64,000 nucleotides of DNA. Origin: Alphaproteobacteria bacterium. Its GTDB lineage: Bacteria; Pseudomonadota; Alphaproteobacteria; Rs-D84. The translations under genes and the position numbers were made by a program. The notes under the pieces are model-generated. The model ran no database searches. It worked only from the letters and a program-made list of their open reading frames with translations, and was not told the origin of the DNA. Numbering within the stretch: the stretch's first letter is position 1; each line of letters opens with the position of its first letter. Shown one piece after another: positions 60,561-64,000 of this stretch. The stretch is taken from positions 14,149 to 78,148 of the forward strand of contig JAGBVH010000009.1 in the NCBI GenBank assembly GCA_017630405.1, written 5' to 3'.

Positions 60561-61886
60561 TTATTCACCTAACTTTTTTACCATTTCCGCTGACATTAAT
60601 GCTTTGTACTTAGTATTCAACAGCGCAACATCCAACTGGTATAGCCCCGCCGCAACATCCGCTAATTCAACTGCAGATGTTTGACCAGATGCGAAGCGAC
60701 TTTGTGACAAGTCATATGTTTTTGCCGCTAAATTACGTGCATTTTCCAACGACTTTAAATTGCCACGCAAGTGGTTATATTGCTTGATTGCGTTGTCATA
60801 TTTTTCAGTCGTTATCTTTTTGGATTTATCCAAGTCCTGACGCGCGGCTTCGGCATTCATAGCTTCGACTGTGGCGTTGGCACGGTTAATACCACCCGTA
60901 AAGATTGGTACCTGTAATGCCAAGCCCCAGTTCGCAGACTGAGAACCTTTTTCATCAAACATATGACCGATATCGGACGACATAGAATAGTAATTATACG
61001 ATGCTGTTGCCGCCAATGTTGGATATGCGCCTGCACGCTTGGAACGCGCCAGACGGTCATACATATTTATCTGTTCGTTCAGAATTTCCCACTCTGGCGT
61101 TGACTTTAATTCACCCGCATTCAATTCCACAAATTCGGATGGGAATTCTTCGGTCAGCGTCAATGTTTCGTCCATATTGATACCGGCCATAATCTTCAAC
61201 ATTCTGTGCGCGGTGTCGCGATTAAATTCCGCATCAGACAAATTGATTTCTTTGGTCGCAATATCAGATTCTATTTTCAGCAAATTGCTGCGGTTCGCAC
61301 GACCGGCGGCTGTTAACTTCTTTTTCGCAGCACGCGCGTTGTTCAAATCCTGTTTTGTCAGCTCGACAATTTCATCTGTCATCTTGGCAGTCCAGTATAA
61401 ATCCGCAGCCGCATAGCGCACTTCGCGCGCGGTCATATCACGTGAAGCATCCGCCATTTTAATCGCAGAACGAACAGACTTTACCGCGTTGCCAATTTTG
61501 CCGAATGTGTAAATTGGTTGTGTAATTGTAACACCAGCCATGAAAATATTGTCTGGGATTTCAATGCTGACAGACTGGTCCTTTAATGATTCAGAAATCA
61601 AACCGCCAAGTGCAGGTGGCAAATCCAGAGTCTTGGATTCAGATGGATTTTCAATATTTACCATATTCATATATGATGCCGACCCTTCGATACTGAACCA
61701 GCGATTTGCGTTGGCAGCATCCAATGAAGCCTCGGCCTTTTTAAGGTTTGCATCTGCTTTTTTTACATCTTGGGATTCGCTTTCAATTTTTGCAACAGCA
61801 TCCGCCAGTGATAAATCCAACGCAACAGCAGGCATAGCAAATATCGACGCAACAAGCGCTGCAAAACCAAACTTCAATTTAGTCAT
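60561..61886 (-). CDS. TolC family outer-membrane efflux protein
   Basis: Signal peptide, ITQPIYTFG, LQVPIFTGG, RFASGQTS. Confidence 0.92.
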   Translation of the reverse strand: MTKLKFGFAALVASIFAMPAVALDLSLADAVAKIESESQDVKKADANLKKAEASLDAANANRWFSIEGSASYMNMVNIENPSESKTLDLPPALGGLISESLKDQSVSIEIPDNIFMAGVTITQPIYTFGKIGNAVKSVRSAIKMADASRDMTAREVRYAAADLYWTAKMTDEIVELTKQDLNNARAAKKKLTAAGRANRSNLLKIESDIATKEINLSDAEFNRDTAHRMLKIMAGINMDETLTLTEEFPSEFVELNAGELKSTPEWEILNEQINMYDRLARSKRAGAYPTLAATASYNYYSMSSDIGHMFDEKGSQSANWGLALQVPIFTGGINRANATVEAMNAEAARQDLDKSKKITTEKYDNAIKQYNHLRGNLKSLENARNLAAKTYDLSQSRFASGQTSAVELADVAAGLYQLDVALLNTKYKALMSAEMVKKLGE

Positions 61887-62328
61887 TATTCAACTCCACA
61901 TTTTTTACAATTTCGTGCATTGTACGCAAAGCCTCGGTCAGACGGACTTCGTCTTCACGCGAAATACCCGAAAACACACGTTCGATACCAACGCGGAACA
62001 AATCCATCGCCCGCTTTGCCAACTGGGCACCAGATTCACTGACCGCATACCATGTATTGCGACGATCATCTTCGTCAATGGTACGAATCACCAATCCATC
62101 ATGTTCTAATTTACGAAACGCAGCACACAGATTCGGTGCAGACACATGTTCGCGACGCGCAATATCTTTCAGACGCGCGCGACCACCGTTGTGTAAGCGC
62201 ACCAAAATCGACATTAATTGACGCGGATAACCGGTCGTATCCGCACGTTCCAAGCGCAATTTGTCCGCTATTTTATCCAGCGTCCAAATATTTTCTTCCA
62301 TAAGTCTAACAAATTCCTTGCGCGCCAT
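61879..62328 (-). CDS. MarR family transcriptional regulator
   Basis: wHTH, LEHDGLVIR..DEDDRR. Confidence 0.92.
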   Translation of the reverse strand: MARKEFVRLMEENIWTLDKIADKLRLERADTTGYPRQLMSILVRLHNGGRARLKDIARREHVSAPNLCAAFRKLEHDGLVIRTIDEDDRRNTWYAVSESGAQLAKRAMDLFRVGIERVFSGISREDEVRLTEALRTMHEIVKNVELNND

Positions 62329-62363
62329 TTTTTTCTCCTATATAATGGGTTTGGTTGAGAAAA

Positions 62364-62398
62364 TTGTTAAAAATCTTAATTATTATATATTTTAACAA
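62364..62398. promoter_or_regulatory. Inverted repeat, candidate MarR operator
   Basis: TTGTTAAAA...TTTTAACAA upstream of the marR operon; AT-rich context. Confidence 0.45.
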
Positions 62399-62468
62399 AT
62401 TTATTTCAAGTGTTTTTTAAAATAATTATTGAAAAGAATCTAAATCTGGTTATAATCACTGTCGCTAT

Positions 62469-62542
62469 TGGGGTGTCGTCTAATGGTAGGACAAGAGATT
62501 TTGGTTCTCTTTATCATGGTTCGAATCCGTGCGCCCCAACCA
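62469..62542 (+). tRNA. tRNA-Gln(TTG)
   Basis: TGGGGTG...AGAGA-TTTTGGT-TCTCT...GGTTCGAATCC...CGCCCCAA-CCA; U1-A72 pair. Confidence 0.97.
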
Positions 62543-62624
62543 ATATTCAAACGCCCCGTTTTGGGGCGTTTTAATATTGAACGGGGCCACGGTTCGTAAG
62601 CTGCAATGCCAGTTGGCGGTTTTG

Positions 62625-64000
62625 TTATAAAATATGTCGTTTGTTATTAGCGTCAGGCGCGGAAACAACACCTTCTTGTTCCATACGCTCCATAAATCCG
62701 GCAGCCTTGTTATAACCGATTTGCAGACGGCGTTGGATATATGAAATTGTTGGCTTTTTATCGCGCAGAACACATTCTTTGGCCTGAGTATAAAGGTCGG
62801 CATCTTTCGCCTCTTTCCCAGCGGCAGCAGCCGAAGGCGCACCCGCATCCGCATCGCCACCAACATCACCGTCTGTAACACCATCGGCATATTCTGGTTC
62901 GCCCTGGGCACGCAAGAATCCGCCAATGCGGTTAAGTTCTTCGTCCGCGATAAAGGCACCATGGATACGCACAGGAACACGACCCGCTTCGCTGAACAAC
63001 ATGTCACCACAGGCCAGCAACTGTTCGGCACCACCTTCGCCAAGTGTGGTCGTACTGTCGATACGGCTGCGCGCTTGGAACGAGACACGAGTTGGGAAGT
63101 TAGCCTTGATAACGCCGGTAATTGTTGTTGCGTCTGGACGCTGGGTCGCCATAACAAGGTGGATACCAGCCGCACGCGCCTTTTGCGCAATTCGCTGAAC
63201 ACAGGCTTCGACCTCTTTACGCGCAAGGCTCATAAGGTCGGCAACCTCGTCAATTACGATAACAATGTATGGCATATCCGAGATATCCACTTCCTGGGTT
63301 TCAAACAGCAATTCGCCCGTTTCTTCATCCGTTCCAACTGCAACCTGCTGTGTGACAACTTCGCCATTGGCACGTTTTTGAGCCGCCATTTCGTTATAAC
63401 TTTCGATATTACGCGCGTTCAGAACCTGAAGCTGTTTATATCTGTCTTCCATTTCACGCACCGCCCATTTCAGCGCATTAACCGCGGCCGCTGGGTCAAG
63501 TTTTACAATCGGTGTAATCAAATGTGGAATATCGTCCCAGAACCCAAAGTCAACACCCTTGGGGTCGATAATCATCAGTTTACACTTGTCTGGTGTAAAA
63601 TGATAAACAATCGATGTAATGATTGATTGAACAAATACAGATTTACCAGAACCTGTACGACCTGCGACCAACATATGTGGCATCTTGGCCAAGTCAAAAT
63701 ACATTGGATTCCCGCCGATATCCACACCCAGCGCAAGCGGTATTTTATATTTAGATTCGATAAACATCTGGTTTTCAACCAGTCCGCGAAAACGCACAGT
63801 TTGACGGTTCAAATTCACCATTTCAACACCGATGTAATTCGTGCGTGGAATATGTGCGATACGAATATTTTCAGTCGCCATCGCGCGGGTCATATCCTTG
63901 ACCGTTTCGGTAATTTTTGCGATACGCATACCTGTATCTGGTTCAAACTCGTACAATGTGACTATTGGGCCAGGTTTAATGCCAACAACTTTGCCGTATA
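62625..64000 (-). CDS. ftsK: DNA translocase FtsK (5' part outside the window)
   Basis: AGRTGSGKS, IDEVADLM, ATQRP, gamma domain QRRLQIGYNKA. Confidence 0.97.
   Translation of the reverse strand, partial: YGKVVGIKPGPIVTLYEFEPDTGMRIAKITETVKDMTRAMATENIRIAHIPRTNYIGVEMVNLNRQTVRFRGLVENQMFIESKYKIPLALGVDIGGNPMYFDLAKMPHMLVAGRTGSGKSVFVQSIITSIVYHFTPDKCKLMIIDPKGVDFGFWDDIPHLITPIVKLDPAAAVNALKWAVREMEDRYKQLQVLNARNIESYNEMAAQKRANGEVVTQQVAVGTDEETGELLFETQEVDISDMPYIVIVIDEVADLMSLARKEVEACVQRIAQKARAAGIHLVMATQRPDATTITGVIKANFPTRVSFQARSRIDSTTTLGEGGAEQLLACGDMLFSEAGRVPVRIHGAFIADEELNRIGGFLRAQGEPEYADGVTDGDVGGDADAGAPSAAAAGKEAKDADLYTQAKECVLRDKKPTISYIQRRLQIGYNKAAGFMERMEQEGVVSAPDANNKRHIL

Noticed and set aside
62480-63226. 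248-aa minus-strand ORF
   Set aside because: Alternative frame overlapping ftsK and running antisense through tRNA-Gln

Overview
Chromosomal window of an AT-leaning alphaproteobacterium. The class is supported by CcrM, GapR/DUF2312, the fabH-ihfA order and olsBA. ldh and pyk suggest a fermentative lifestyle; a host-associated deep-branching lineage such as Rs-D84 is only my inference. Most of the window is housekeeping: the secE-nusG-rplKAJL-rpoBC cluster, plsX-rpmF, proS, yidC-lspA, recR-rsmA, ftsK and three tRNAs. No integrase, transposase, prophage or CRISPR array was seen. The unusual parts are: (1) a stand-alone virB8-virB9-virB10 operon with a VirB9-SPOR fusion and an enlarged VirB10; (2) a cluster around tRNA-Arg of three DUF3419/BtaA-like SAM enzymes, a large protein with a RelE-like domain and a secreted orphan, all ending in similar Q/N-rich basic tails, which may be substrates of that secretion system; (3) a 160-bp structured tRNA-linked repeat; (4) an unassigned structured intergenic RNA candidate; (5) Cys-rich exported proteins, one lying between REP-like palindromes; (6) an RND pump lacking its proton-relay residues; (7) an RpoB with a remodelled rifampicin pocket; (8) GANTC-containing promoters in front of small uncharacterised genes. 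All calls are from reading the sequence; no searches were run.
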